A stretch of 64,000 bases of DNA from Octopus sinensis (Eukaryota). The stretch spans positions 166,470,001-166,534,000 of the forward strand of contig NC_042997.1 of the NCBI RefSeq assembly GCF_006345805.1, given 5' to 3'. The notes beneath the pieces were generated by a model. That model was not told the origin of the DNA. It ran no database searches and saw only the letters and a list, made by a program, of their open reading frames with translations. Position 1 is the first letter of the stretch, and each line of letters starts with the position of its first letter. This document shows positions 36,921 through 50,572 of this stretch, piece by piece. The position numbers and the translations under genes are program-made.

Positions 36921-38141
36921 ATACACACACAGACACACTCACACATCCACACACATACATACTCACACACGCAATCGCAGGCGCGCGCACATGCTCGCTT
37001 GTGCGCGTTCGCGCACGCATACACGCACGCTTGCACCACGCTCATGGTTGACCGACCGAATCTCCTGTCCGTATCTGGGGCCGGCGCGTTGTCTTTGGGT
37101 TCTCCCACGCCTGTCGCCGCGGGACCACTCTTCCATCTTCCCCCTCCTCCCCCCCTTCGCTGCAGTTCTTTTTCCCTTAACCCCCCCTTTTGTACACACA
37201 CCCACTCACACACACACATTTGCATATATATACACATTACACTTACACACACTTCAAATTTACTTGCCACACACACAACTACGCACGCTGGACATATACA
37301 CACACTACCACTCAACACACACACTGGCACGTTACATACGCCCCCACCCTTTCCCGCCCCGCACGCACTAACATATACATATTTTCTGTTTTTTTATCAC
37401 GCCTCACACACACATACACACACGCACACGCACACACTCACACATACATACACACGCACACACACATACCCCCCTGCTTCTGATCTGCCTTTCTGACTTG
37501 CTAGGGTACCCCCACACCACTCCTTTAATTCTACTAGTGCTTGCTACTAGCCATTGTCCACCATACACACACATACACACACACGCACACTCACACACAC
37601 ACACCGTCATCTCGCAACAGCTCTCCTGTTTTTAAAAAACATTTTCCTCCTTTTTTACTACTTCCGTCTTTTCAGTATGTGACCTCGTGAAGACGACCTG
37701 CAAATTTTTTTTCCTCTGTCCTCCCGTCTCGGGATCTTTCTTTCTTTCTCTTATGTTTCCGACGAAGAGCTCCGCTCGAAACGTCATACCCTCCTTCTTC
37801 CATTTTCCTGAGCGCCTAATAATAATAATACTGTAATTGTTCCACGTGTTGTTGTTTTTTCTGTTTTCCCGTTTGGATTAACCTTATATATATATATACA
37901 TATATATATTTTTATACATACATACACATATATATATATACATATATGGGTACAGGACGACACCAACGTTGCAAATAACATGAAATACGTAAGCAAACGA
38001 GGGAAAAGTGAGTGAATTGCATAAACAAAAAAAAAAAGGAAAACAGGACAAGTAAACACAGAGAAAGGACCCTTCATCAGTTGTCGACTGTCTATCTACT
38101 CCCCATTTCGAGCATTCAACGACAATCCATTTCCAATTAAG

Positions 38142-38226
<85 letters not shown>

Positions 38227-38239
38227 AGATATATATATA

Positions 38240-38655
38240 GGCGCAGGAGTGGCTGTGTGGTAAGTAGCTTGCTTACCAACCACATGGTTCCGTGTTCAGT
38301 CCCACTGCGTGGCATCTCGGGCAAGTGTCTTCTGCTATAGCCCCGGGCCGACCAATGCCTTGTGAGTGGATTTGGTAGACGGAAACTGAAAGAAGCCTGC
38401 CGTATATATGTATATATATATGTGTATGTGTGTGTGTTTGTGTGTGTGTGTGTGTTTGTCCCCCTAGCATTGCTTGACAACCGATGCTGGTGTGTTTACG
38501 TCCCCGTCACCTAGCGGTTCGGCAAAAGAGACCGATAGAATAAGTACTGGGCTTACAAAGAATAAGTCCCGGGGTCGATTTGCTCGGCTAAAGGCGGTGC
38601 TCCAGCATGGCCGCAGTCAAATGACTGAAACAAGTAAAAGAGTAAAAAGAGTAAG
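38240..38655 (+). mobile_element. SINE family B
   Basis: Near-complete copy starting AGGCGCAGGAGTGGCTGTGTGG, inserted after (TA)n. Confidence 0.9.
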
Positions 38656-39499
38656 AGTATAATTTTAAAATTTCGTTTCTCCTTATAAGAATCGAAAAAT
38701 AGAATGAATATTGGGCTGCAAATAGAAGTGCTCAATTAGAAAACCGATGCAAAAGACAAACTCTGGAACAAAAATAAACATCAGAATTGGACAAACAACT
38801 TTATATCCTTCTCGTGTGTATATATATATATATATATATATGTAACATTACATCTCGAAACAGATAAAGCTAAAAATAGTAGTGTCCAGATATATATATA
38901 TATATATAAACACAACTGAGGTAATATTTAATTAGAATATACCCAGCTATATATCAAACGTATGCATATACATTGTTGATAGGCTAGTTACTGTGGTATT
39001 TGTCTCGAGATAACATCTCTTATGGACGTGCTGTCTTAAAAGCACAGTAAGAAAAGATGCCTGAAGTGCATCTGGTATTCTGGTTGGCCGATGCTCGAGT
39101 ACAAATCTCTTTCGATAGAAAGAATTCAAGGTTACCTGTAGAATTCGAACTCAAATCTCCTCTAAACATGACAAGCGTTCTACCATTGGACCAAGGCAAT
39201 CCTTCGAATTCTTTTACTCATTAAAGAGATTTTATTCTTCTAGCTAGAGTTGGATTTTGTTGACGTCATAAAAGAACGTGAAATAATTATTTTTTAGCAC
39301 AATATTTGGACACTACTATTTTTAGCTTTATCTGTTTCGAGATGTAAAATGTTCCGAGAAAGAATCATTTTACATTCTCGTAAAGTTTTAAAAATTCTTA
39401 TGAAGTCAACAATATTTACACACACAGCACGCACGCACGCATGCATGCACTCATGCACACACATACACACGCACACACACACACGCGCACACACACACA

Positions 39500-39535
<36 letters not shown>

Positions 39536-40752
39536 ACACACTTTTTCTAATTACATTCCCACTCAAATGCTATAACATATTGATATCTCTACTTCTTGTT
39601 ATCGTTTTCCGAGAATTCTATAAAGTTATTCACATCCTGTATTTACTTTTTAGACTCATTTCCTTGTGATTCTTGTGGACAGGGAAAATACACACATCGC
39701 CCTACATGAATATAATTAGAACACCATTGATTAATAAATAAATACATATAAAGCTTAATTAAGTTTTTATCACTTTAATTTTACTTCTGCCTTTTAACAG
39801 TCTCAACGTCAGAATTCCATTTTCTATGAGAAACATTCCAGAGTTGAATGGTATTTGTTCCTTTATCTCTTCATTTTGAGTTCTAACGAACCATAATGTG
39901 TCTCAACTTTATAAATTATTTATAATTTTCTGTATTCCTTAGTTTATTTAATTAGTTTCATGTCAACAATATTTTTCTTCACTTATTTCTCTGCTCCTCT
40001 TTCCTCCTTTATGATATTAATGTATGCCGTCCTATGATCCTTTGATGTATCCATTGTTTTTTCCATATGGAACAGACGGCTACCATATATTTGCAAGGGA
40101 GAAATTACCACCAATGAACAGTGAAATATCATGATTGGAGGATTTTGCAACTCACTAATTATGCGGCTTTATCCCGAGCAACACCGGGTATGCTTGCTAG
40201 CATATATATATATACACACACACTCTTTTACTCGTTTCAGTCATGCAGCTACGTACCAATGGTTTCACTTGTAAATATCTACGTATGCAAACACGCAGAT
40301 ATCTGCAAAATCGTCAGCGTAGTCTGTCGCTTACAAAACACAATGTCCAGAACTAGATACAGAATGCTCAACCGAAATCGTGCATGTATAATGTTCTGGT
40401 TTTAACTGATTAATATCAATTTCTACCCTTACTATTTAAGTTTAAATAAAAAATGTTCTCTAACCGATAAATTGGCAGCTGAAATTTATTAACGGCCTCA
40501 GCGCACCAAAGTGAAGACATTTGAAAGATACCCAAATATAATTTGTAGAACTTTATACATATTCGATTTCGGTTGAGCGTTCTGTATCTAGTTTTTTTTA
40601 TTTCGTATATTTTCATTTGCTCATTTTTACATTTTGGCGTTTTGCTGAGATTTTTCTGGAGAATACATTCTTCGTGGTAATGGCGATTTGACGTCTATGT
40701 TTAGCATATTAGGTGTCTACTTTAGCACTTTAGTGGTCATTCCGCTTAATTT

Positions 40753-40794
<42 letters not shown>

Positions 40795-41820
40795 GTGTGT
40801 GTGTGTGTGTGTGCGTTACAAATCCGACAGCTGTTTCTGGGGACTCGGAGTTAGTTCATAATATCGCCAGATGTTGTTCACCAGAATATGCAACTAGCAA
40901 TGGGAAGAACTAAAGCCGATGTTATCGACTAAACCTCCTCCCTTCGAAACTGGTAAACTTTTACATAAATCAGAAACAATTATTATCAGAACATAAAGTT
41001 GCCCTTTAAAACTTAATGCATTCTTCATTCCATAAACTTGCCTTCATTTGATTAATTATGCACGATATTAATTTTTCTCTTAGCAGTGATTTATACTTTT
41101 GGTTTCTTCTAGTTCTATACATTTAAACCCATCATTTTGTATGAGTTCATAATCTATGTTGTTATGCATACCAAAACTATTTTTAATTGTACTAAAAATT
41201 AATTGTGCGCTTGATTTTATCTGAATTTACGAAACTCTGTTGTGTTCCTTGGAGAGAATTAATGCAAATTTATCGAAGATGTCGAAAATGAAAACCATCA
41301 AATTTATAATGCAATCAAATCTTTTAATATTTATTTTGTGTCAGACTGCATAATTTAACGCTCATTAGTAGCACATTATGAATACCTTATGCTGTTGTTG
41401 CTTCTAAATCTATCAAAGTAAGAAACAATGTTGATAAATAGTCATCCAACTTAGATTTTAGAAAATTCATAAAAAAATTTATGAAGCTTTTCCATGATAA
41501 TAAATATTTGTGGTTCGTTTTGTATAATTTACTGAAAATTACATTTCTTGTTGATTTAGTAATATACACTATAATGAGAGGTGCAGAAAATTATGCATGT
41601 GGGCAGTTTCATAAATTTATTCCATTCTTAATATTGAGATTTTCTAACAAATATACTCTTTACTCTTTTACTCTTTTATTTGTTTTAATCATTTGACTGC
41701 GGCCATGCTGGAGCACCGCCTTTAGTCGAGCAAATCGACCCCAGAACTTATTCTTTGTAAGCCTAGTACTTATTCTATCGTTCTCTTTTGCCGAACCGTT
41801 AAGTTACGAGGATATATATA

Positions 41821-41878
<58 letters not shown>

Positions 41879-42725
41879 TATATATACATACATGCATACA
41901 TACATACATGAAGTGGCTTCATGCTGGCATGGCGTGGATTCGATCCTCGATAGCCAAATTTCACTTAACAGTTGAACAGCACTTTTCTCACAGTAAAACA
42001 ACAGATTTTCTGTGAGTGACAGCAGTTACATTTGCCAGATGCCTTCGCTAAGCAGAATAATGTCTTTACCACTTGACCTTTCTAACCTCTTCTACGCCAC
42101 CAAAAGCTAGAATAGAGAGAACAGACCGCCAATGAAACCTATTGTTCTCAACAATGTGCCTATCCTGACTGGTTTTGGATAGTTATAAAAGCAAGAACTC
42201 CCAAAGTCAGTCAGTGAGAACCGAGTCTGGCTGACCGGCTGAACAAAACGACGTCTCTGGACGCGGGTTGGTTAGTTATTTCAACAACCACCTGCTAAGA
42301 AAGATCCGTCTATAGAAAAAGTGCCTGCCTCAAAGAGTATTCATGAAAAGATAAATGACTGTAGTAAGGATGTTGAGAATAAATGGGACCGTGCTAGTGT
42401 AATCATTTAATTTTTAAAATTTCATCAGCTTTTCATCTTTCCGATTTCATTATATCGATTTAAATATTTTAAATCTTGATTGTGACCCCATCTCTATGTT
42501 GTAAGTGTCCTTGTTCGTCCCCTCTATGTTTACTTTTTTATAAGCAAATAAAGAAATTCTTTGGTTCCTGACCTTTTAAGGTCAAGCCACTGACCGCGTA
42601 GACAACGCCCCAGTAGCCATGTTGAGACTTAATCACTTCGTTCAACAGCATTACGGCAGTCTCCTGCTTCGTTGCCACCATCATGTTCTCAACGTCGTCA
42701 ACACCATCTCTCTACGTACACAGCT

Positions 42726-45700
42726 CTATTTCTTTTATTTAGGCACATGGCCTTTATAAAGAGGGGACACCACAAGGACAGACAAAACAAGACATTGGGG
42801 TACATATAAAACACATATCGAATGGACTATGACTATGATAAAAACGAGGATGAAATGGCTTTCTCGCCCCACCCCGCCAAAGCAAGCAGTTTCGTTTTAC
42901 TGTTCTTTTAAATTACAGTTCACCTTACAGCAACCAACATCTCGCAGAGGTTCCAACACATCTCTGCTCATCAGTTACTTCACCATGGATCAACAGTGAA
43001 CATACAACCTGCAAGAACTCCTGTACCAAGTGATCCAGGCAGCAGCATCACAGCCACGACTTCACGTACGACATGTACTACAACAGGCTTAACATCATGA
43101 CCGCTTCATTATGAGAGTTGAATAATGCGATAGTAAAACAGGATAAATCGGAAACAGAACACTGATAACAGTCTGCGCCGAGAAAATAACTACCGTATTT
43201 AATAGCATTTAAGATGCATTTTTCCCCAAAAATAATTTTCGAAAAACCACCCCGGGTCAAATAAGCGAAGTTGGGCCACCCATAAGCTTGTTTTTCTTGC
43301 ATGTTTCATTACAGTAATTATGTAAGTTATTTTCACTATTGTGATTTCTTGCTGTATGTTTCAATTACCCTTCCACGTATCGTCCATACAGTGTCTTTCA
43401 GTATGGCTACTACACAGAAAAAAGAAGCTTCTCTTTCCTTGTTAAAAGAGGAAGGCGGTATGATCTTGATGATGGACTCAGCCGATAGCTGTACTCTTTC
43501 TGTCCCCGACATCAGTTGTTCGACATAGGCTATCAGTTCCCCTAATTCCACTCAATGCACGAAGGCGTGCGTGACAGTTTCACTGATGCACCTACACCTC
43601 GGGCATGTGGTGATGGTAGGGGGACGTTAAACCCGTGTCTTGACAATCTCTCTCGAACCGGTAAAGCCGATCGGTAGCACAGCCAAGCCAAAGATTTCTG
43701 GAAGTTTTCCAGATACCCCGGCCCGAATGTCCTTCCGAGCAGGTTGATTAGCTGGTCTTTATCGAAGCCTAGAGCTTCCCCTAGGACGTCGTCAGACTTG
43801 TGCTCTACCAATCCACTATAAAAATCCGCAGTGGTAGCCCCGATGCCGGTATTTCTCACCCGGGAGAGCAAAATGACTGCTTGTTTGCACTCTCTCTGCC
43901 ACGCGCTCATTCTAGGTCTACGCCTTATCTATAGGCCTAAGTCCCGCAGAGACGTTAATTGTGGAAAAAGGAACGTGCGGTGACCACACGAGTTCACAAT
44001 CCAGGTAGTGCCAGAGATGTCTCTGCCTCAGCGCATATTTGCGCATCATCAGCCACGGCATCCCTAACCCACCCTTTAACGGTTTCTGGCAGCAGATGGA
44101 GTGTCTCACAAGTGGTGGTTTCCCCTTCCACAAAAAGCGAGATAGGAGCCGTTCCAATTTGATCAGTCACAATTTGGGGCAGGGTACGACGGTTAGGTGG
44201 TAGGTTATCACAGATGCTATAAATACCTGTGCAACCTCCGCCCTCCCTAGCAAGAATAACGTCATTCCAGACAAGATCTGGGTTATGGCAATCACCCTGC
44301 TTGTAACCTCGCTCCAGTTTTTCTCCATCTGGAGATCTAGCCCAAACCAAACTCCGAGGAGTTTAACCGGGCCCTCCGTCCAACATCCTATAACGCTGTT
44401 GGGAGGCATCGACTTGTCTCTACGGGTGACGAGTTGCAAGCCGACTGATTTTTCCTGGTTAACTTTCGCCCCTGCCACCGCTTTGTATCTTTTGATGGCG
44501 TCTTCTACACGAGGTAGCTGCCCTTTATCAGACACGATGATGGTGACATGCGCCATCCTAGGAAGGACGATACACGACAATCTTCACCTCATTCGTTACA
44601 CCATAGAGCGGGTTAGTAATGTTTCTGGCAAGGGTGGGGCACAGGTGAATTTAGACCAGTCTAAGGCATTCGATAGGGTTGACCATCAGTATCTGGAGGC
44701 GGTCCTTCGGGCAGTCTGACTGGGCCCGACATACGCCGTCGCTCCTCTATCATAACATAGATCACGCGGATTACCACCCGCGGCCTCCAGCCTCCGCAGC
44801 AGCGGTTGAAGAGCCACTACATACAGAAGCGCGGACAGGGGGCAATCCTGGTGAACTTAACGCTCGATCGCGAACGATTTCGAAAAGAAACCGTTCACCC
44901 AGACAACGGACTCGATGTCGCTATACATAGCATTGACCCAGTCACGAAAAGTCGGGCCCAGTCAGACTGCCCGGAGGACCGCCTCCAGATACTGATGGTC
45001 AACCCTATTGAATGCCTTAGACTAGTCTAAATTCACCAGTGCCCCACCCTTGCCAGAAACATTACTAACCCGCTTTATGGTGTAACGAATGTGGTGAAGA
45101 TTGTCGTGTATCGTCCTTCCTGGGATGGCGCATGTCTGCGCCTCTCCCACCAGGTTGCCTACGACAAGCCTCACTCTCTTGGCTAACACCTTGGCCAAAA
45201 TTTTTAACTCTGTGTTTAGTAGAGTTATGGGCCTGAACTTATTAATAATATACCCCTGTTCAGGTCCTTCCTAATCAGTGTTACTACTTCCCGGTTCACA
45301 AACTTGGGAATTCTTCCATTCTGCTGCCAGTTTGCGTATTCATCGGCCAGTATGTTCCCGAACAAGTCTGGCATACTTTTATAAAATTCGTATGGTAGAC
45401 CATCCAGTCCCGGCGACTTGTCCCCGGAGCACTCGGAAAACATCTCTATAACCTCCGCAGCTGTGATCGGCCCTTCACAGCGCTCAGCCTCTCGTGCCGA
45501 GATACGCGGGCCGCCGGCCAGGAAGTCCCGAAGGGTATTCCCATGGTCCAGCACCCCCGCCCCCCGAACAATGCGGCGAAGTGTTCGTAAAAGGCCTTAC
45601 ACATCTTTTCCTGTCCTTGGATCTCCCGTTCATGCTCATCTACCAAAGACACTATCGTAGCATCAATGTCACGTTGGGTTTCTACCGAGTGAGCCCACCC

Positions 45701-46110
45701 GGCAACGTTGATACACTCGCGACCCAGTGCATGTACTTTTGCCCGGATCCTGCATTCTTCGTGTTTGGCATTGAGGTGTCGGTCCAAGACATATCTCGCC
45801 GCCAAAACTTGGGGTGCAGAGCCTGCTCTCAGCGCCGCTTCTAATGCCTTAACTAGTTTTCCTTCTACTCTAGCCTGTTCTAAACTTAACCGTTTGCTAA
45901 ATCTAATCGACTCAAGTCGAATGGCTCCTTTGAGGGCACACCACTACCGGTTAATTAACACAGTGCCAGTTAATGCCCTCATTACTAACTTCTTAATCTG
46001 ACTACGGTAAGTTCCGCAAGCCAAAAGGGACTTGTTGAACTTCCAGTAGCCGGACCCCTGTCTATGTATTTTATCTATATGGATCCTATAGGTTACTAAT
46101 TTGTGTTCCG
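42726..46110 (-). mobile_element. L1/Tx1-clade LINE, 5'-truncated at the end of the endonuclease, decayed, with an internal inverted duplication
   Basis: EHKLV..GSGYWKFN..KSPGLDGLPYEFY..RPITLLN..GRTIHDNL..LD.SKAF.RVDH..GAKVNQEKS..FLWKGK..GGLGMP; T-rich 3' UTR. Confidence 0.85.
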
Positions 46111-46373
46111 TATCACTTTTTCAAGTATCTCGACAACTTCCTCTGTGAGAAATGCTTTAAAAACCAAAACGATGCCAAACACGCCTTCAACGACTTCATA
46201 ACCACCAGAACGCAGGATTTTTACGCTACTGGCATAAATAAACTTGTTTTGCGTAGGCAAAAGTGTGTTGATTCTGATGGTGTTTATTTCGATTGATAAA
46301 GTTTTGTCTGAGCCGAGATATGTGCATCTGAATTTAAAGGTTAAAAACCGCAAGAACTTTCTTGATAACCTAA
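46111..46373 (+). mobile_element. Mariner transposase 3' end plus right TIR (cecropia/Hsmar1-like)
   Basis: YHFFKYLDNFL..DFYATGINKL..QKCVD.DG.YFD*. TIR AAAAACCGCAAGAACTTTCTTGATAACCTAA followed by TA. Confidence 0.8.
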
Positions 46374-46875
46374 TATTTCGTTATACTATAAAGTATACTA
46401 AACATTTTTGAAAGTCAGCACCACAATCTACTTGCGTTTACAGTGCGCTTTACATTATTTGTTGAGATTATTTCTACAGATATTCTATAAAAATCATAGC
46501 TAGTACTGATTTTTGCTACTGCGTTTCGTATATATTTTTATATCAACTACCACTATGAACTATGTATACACTCTTTAACATAAGCGTCTAAATCTGAACA
46601 GCTGATAATATACTTTTTGATAATGATTATTACTTAGTAATGTGTAAAATGCAGTGATGGTAATTTTTGTTTTTTGAATATAGGTATACAAAATTAATTA
46701 TATCTCAGATATTATAGCTTGGAATTGGAGCCATTTACTACATTATATGAAGAACATTCACCACACACACATTGTCAAAATATACAAGAATATGCATTAA
46801 TTAATAACCATGTACTAAAACCAATATCAATGACAAATACGTTGTCTTTATGGTAGCAACTTCGCAGTGCTATAC

Positions 46876-47272
46876 ACTAGCAGTATCGCCCGGCGTTGCT
46901 TGGGTTTGTTTTGACCCTTTAGAATTGGAATTTTTGAAAAGTAAAAATTTTGCATTATGTAGCTTATTATTCTCTTTAAATGAACATTTTTTTCTGGTTG
47001 AAATACACCGAAAAGTGGCGACACAGCAGTCAAAAAATCGTAAAAAATAGGGATTTTCATAGGAAAAAAGCACCTTTTTGATGTAAATAATTTTTGGTGT
47101 TAACATGGTCCGATTTGAATTTTTTCTTCTTCGGAAGGAAGGGCAAGCCTTCTTCTATCATACTCTCAATTTTGGTCAACTTGCGCCGCAGGGTCTCGGA
47201 GGAGATAGTGTTAGTTGAAGGCTACCAAACCTACCATACACAGACAACTTCAGTTTTATATATATAGAGAGA
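46876..47272 (+). mobile_element. Second Helentron-like element sharing termini with 29045-29560
   Basis: Near-identical 5' about 35 nt and the same CAGTTTTATATATATAGA 3' end. Confidence 0.55.
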
Positions 47273-48104
47273 TTAATACACACACATTTAAACCAAATTT
47301 TCTCAAAACAACTTGTCCGACCGTCCCATTTTGTGGCATTATTTCAAGCCAGCGGCTTTTTTTGCTCAAACTGCAAGTGAATTTTTCTCACGTACGCGTA
47401 GTATCGATCGCAACAGCTGATGTACTTGCGCGTACAAATGCACGTTCCCACGGCTTTATCGATCGCATTCTCACCTGGAATCGATTTTTGTAATTATTTC
47501 AAGACTTATACACGCCCTGATACCGTCGGTATCTACACATCAAATTTGAGCGCAATCGGATGAAGGATGCCCGAGATCCTAGAAGACACACAGAGACAGA
47601 CAGAACGGATTTTATATAATAGATTATTCTTTACAAATTCCTGACAAAACTTAGAACATTTGATTTCTCATTTGTACGTGGTTACTTACAATATACATTC
47701 ACTTATTCATATCTTACATGACGAAACAGTTACAACGTCTAGACTCGGGAAGATGCCAACTTATGACATAAAGTCGAATGTTCGTACCTTATCATTGGCA
47801 GTAGTTACCTTCATTATCAGTAGATCAGCCCACTTACCTGCACAGACACATTTAATTTCTATAAGCAATAGGAGTGCAGCATAACTAAGGGGTGTCTCAT
47901 TACCCGGCATAACTGAACTTAAATACTCCACTCAGCTAAGCTATGTGTTCATTTCTCAGTTCCAAAACCGACACTTCGTCACTGTAACATTGACTAGTAA
48001 TAGAAAGCTAAAACAGATTGCTGACACATACATACAAGATTCATGCTGAAAGTAGTTGTCATTTCATCAGATCTTTGGTAAGTTTTTGTAAATATTAACT
48101 ATAT

Positions 48105-48281
48105 ATAGGAGTGGCTGTGTGGTAAGTAGCTTGTTTACCAACCACATGGTTCCAGGTTCATTTCCACTGCTTGGCATCTTCGGCAAGTCTCTTCTACTAT
48201 AGCCTCGGGCCGACCAAAGCCTTGTGAATGGATTTGGTAGACAGAAACTGAAGGAAGCCCGTCGTATATATATATATATAT

Positions 48282-48328
<47 letters not shown>

Positions 48329-48535
48329 TGTGTCTGTGTTTGTCCACCCAACATCATTTGACAACCGACGGGGGTGTGTTTACGTCCCCGTAATTTAGCG
48401 GTTGGGCAAAAGAAACCGATAGAATAAGTACTAGGCTTACAAAGAATAAGTCCTAGGGTCGATTTGCTCGACTAAAGGCGGTGCTCCAGCATGGCCGCAG
48501 CCAAATGACTGAAACAAATAAAAGTGTAAAAAGAG
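48105..48535 (+). mobile_element. SINE family B
   Basis: Same consensus. Confidence 0.85.
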
Positions 48536-49209
48536 ATATTGCAGAAAACTATTGAGTAGATTAGTTCAATGATTATAGTTCAATGTTAGTGAGAATCAGT
48601 ATCCAAACACCCAACAGATTACAAAACATACATATATATATTATTATAAATAAGCCTTTCTACAAGAGGCACAAGGCTTGAAATTTTGGGGTAAGGGGCT
48701 AGTTGATTATATCGACCCAAGTGCAACTGGTACTTATTTTATGAGCTTCGAGAAAATGGAAAGCAAAATCAACCACGGCGAAATTTGAATCCAGAACAGA
48801 GAAAACCGGAAAAAATACCGCTGAGGATTTTGACCTATGCACCAACGATTCTGCTCACTGGCTGTCTTAATATCTAACTATAATGATAATCATGACATTT
48901 ATCATGATTACTTTCTTTGTACCCATTTCAGTCAAACAACTAAAGAACAAATAACAGAGATTCGACAGTCGTTTCCAAATGACTTTTTCCATCAACCAAC
49001 CAGCCTGTCTGTTTTAAGTCTCTAATTAATGCTTGCACAGATACCTGTCTAGATGTCTCACGTATGAAAAACTATGGACATCATCTCTTCACCCACTTGC
49101 CTTATTGTTAGTAAATAGATTTCTCCCTCTGATACTCTACAAAATCTCGCAGTCAAACAACTACAAGATGCTAGACGATTAAACTGAGGACTGCCTCCTC
49201 ATTCCACCC

Positions 49210-49275
49210 TTTATTTATTTATTTATGTATGTATGTATGCATGTATGTATGTATGTATGTATGTATGTATGTATG

Positions 49276-49306
<31 letters not shown>

Positions 49307-49321
49307 TAATAATAATAGTAA

Positions 49322-49380
<59 letters not shown>

Positions 49381-49392
49381 ATAATAATAATG
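49210..49392. repeat. Compound microsatellite (TATG)n/(TAA)n/(AGT)n
   Basis: Directly visible. Confidence 0.95.
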
Positions 49393-49652
49393 ATTATACA
49401 TATAAAATGCAAGAACACTCTGCAGAATGCGATAGTTAATAAAAAAAATCTTTCTGTGAAGCTCGGTACCAAATGTCTTGAGATCTAGAAGACATCTGAA
49501 AGTTAAAAGAAGTTTCCTTAGGACACTAAGAGTTCCAGGTTGTGTCTAAAATAGTGTTTTAGTCCATCACAAATATGCGTTACCATGGATGTCTCTAGAT
49601 ACCCGAAAAATAATCGAAAATACTTGTATAAATTATTGTCAATATTGTAGGG

Positions 49653-50572
49653 CAGGAGTCACCAAACTACGGCCCGCGAGGTCAGTTCATCCGGCCTGCC
49701 GCTGCAATGTACCTTTTGTGTAAATACCTGCAATGGGAGTTCATTTGCCTCTGGTATGGCGTCAGTGTTTGGAACAATTTCTGTCTGTGAGCAAACATTT
49801 TCAAAGATGAAGTCTGTGGAGTCAGCACATCGAAAGAGGTTGACGGATGAAGATTTGAAAGCAACTCTCTTGATTGGATGCAGCAATTCCAAAGCTAATA
49901 TTGGTGATATCATCGAGTTAAACACAAGTTTCACAAATCTCCCTAAACTTTTTTGCTGTTTAGTTTGTGAGATTCGGATATGTGCGCACTGGGTGTGATA
50001 TAACTATCTTATTGCTAACGTCGCCTTCTTTGATAATTTTAATGGCAAATAAATATGCGCAGGAGTGGCAGTGTGGTAAGTAGCTTGCTTACGAACCACA
50101 TGGTTCCGGGTTCAGTCCCACTGCGTGGCACCTTCGGCAAGTGTCTTCTACTATAGCCTCGGGTCGACCAAAGCCTTGTGAGTGGATTTGGTAGACGGAA
50201 ACTGAAAGAAGCCTGTCGTATATATGTATATTTATATGTGTGTGTGTTTGTGTGTCTGTGTTTGTCCCCACCAACATCGCTTGACAACCGATGCTGGTGT
50301 GTTTACGTCCCTGTAACATAGCGGTTCAGCAAAATAGACCGATAGAATAAGTACTAGGCTTACAAAGAATAATCCTGGGGTCGATTTGCTCGACTAAAGG
50401 CGGTGCTCCAGCATGGCCACAGTCAAATGACTGAAACAAGTAAAAGAGTAAAGAGAGAGTATGTTGGTTGTCTTATTTTTTTGTGTATTCACAGTATTGT
50501 ATTGAATGACGGCCCGCGCTCGTCACTCTCTCAGTTATCTGGCCCGCCGTGAAAAAAATCTAGTGAATCCTG
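49653..50572 (+). mobile_element. hAT (Charlie/SPIN-like) deletion derivative
   Basis: CAGGAGTCACCAAACTACGGCCCGCG start and TAGTGAATCCTG end. hATC-like FGT..VCEQTFSKMK..RLTDE.L. Degenerate 8-bp TSD TTGTAGGG/TTACAGGG. Confidence 0.7.
50057..50460 (+). mobile_element. SINE family B nested in a hAT relic
   Basis: Same consensus, interrupting the 49653-50572 element. Confidence 0.85.

Noticed and set aside
36748-37610. Overlapping 160-210 aa ORFs
   Set aside because: They are driven by (CA)n/(TA)n and GC-rich repeat sequence, with no domain or splice support.
38060-38125. GAAA...CTGATGA on the minus strand (type II hammerhead order); similar at 59085-59130
   Set aside because: The 25 nt between the motifs cannot form stems III and I convincingly.
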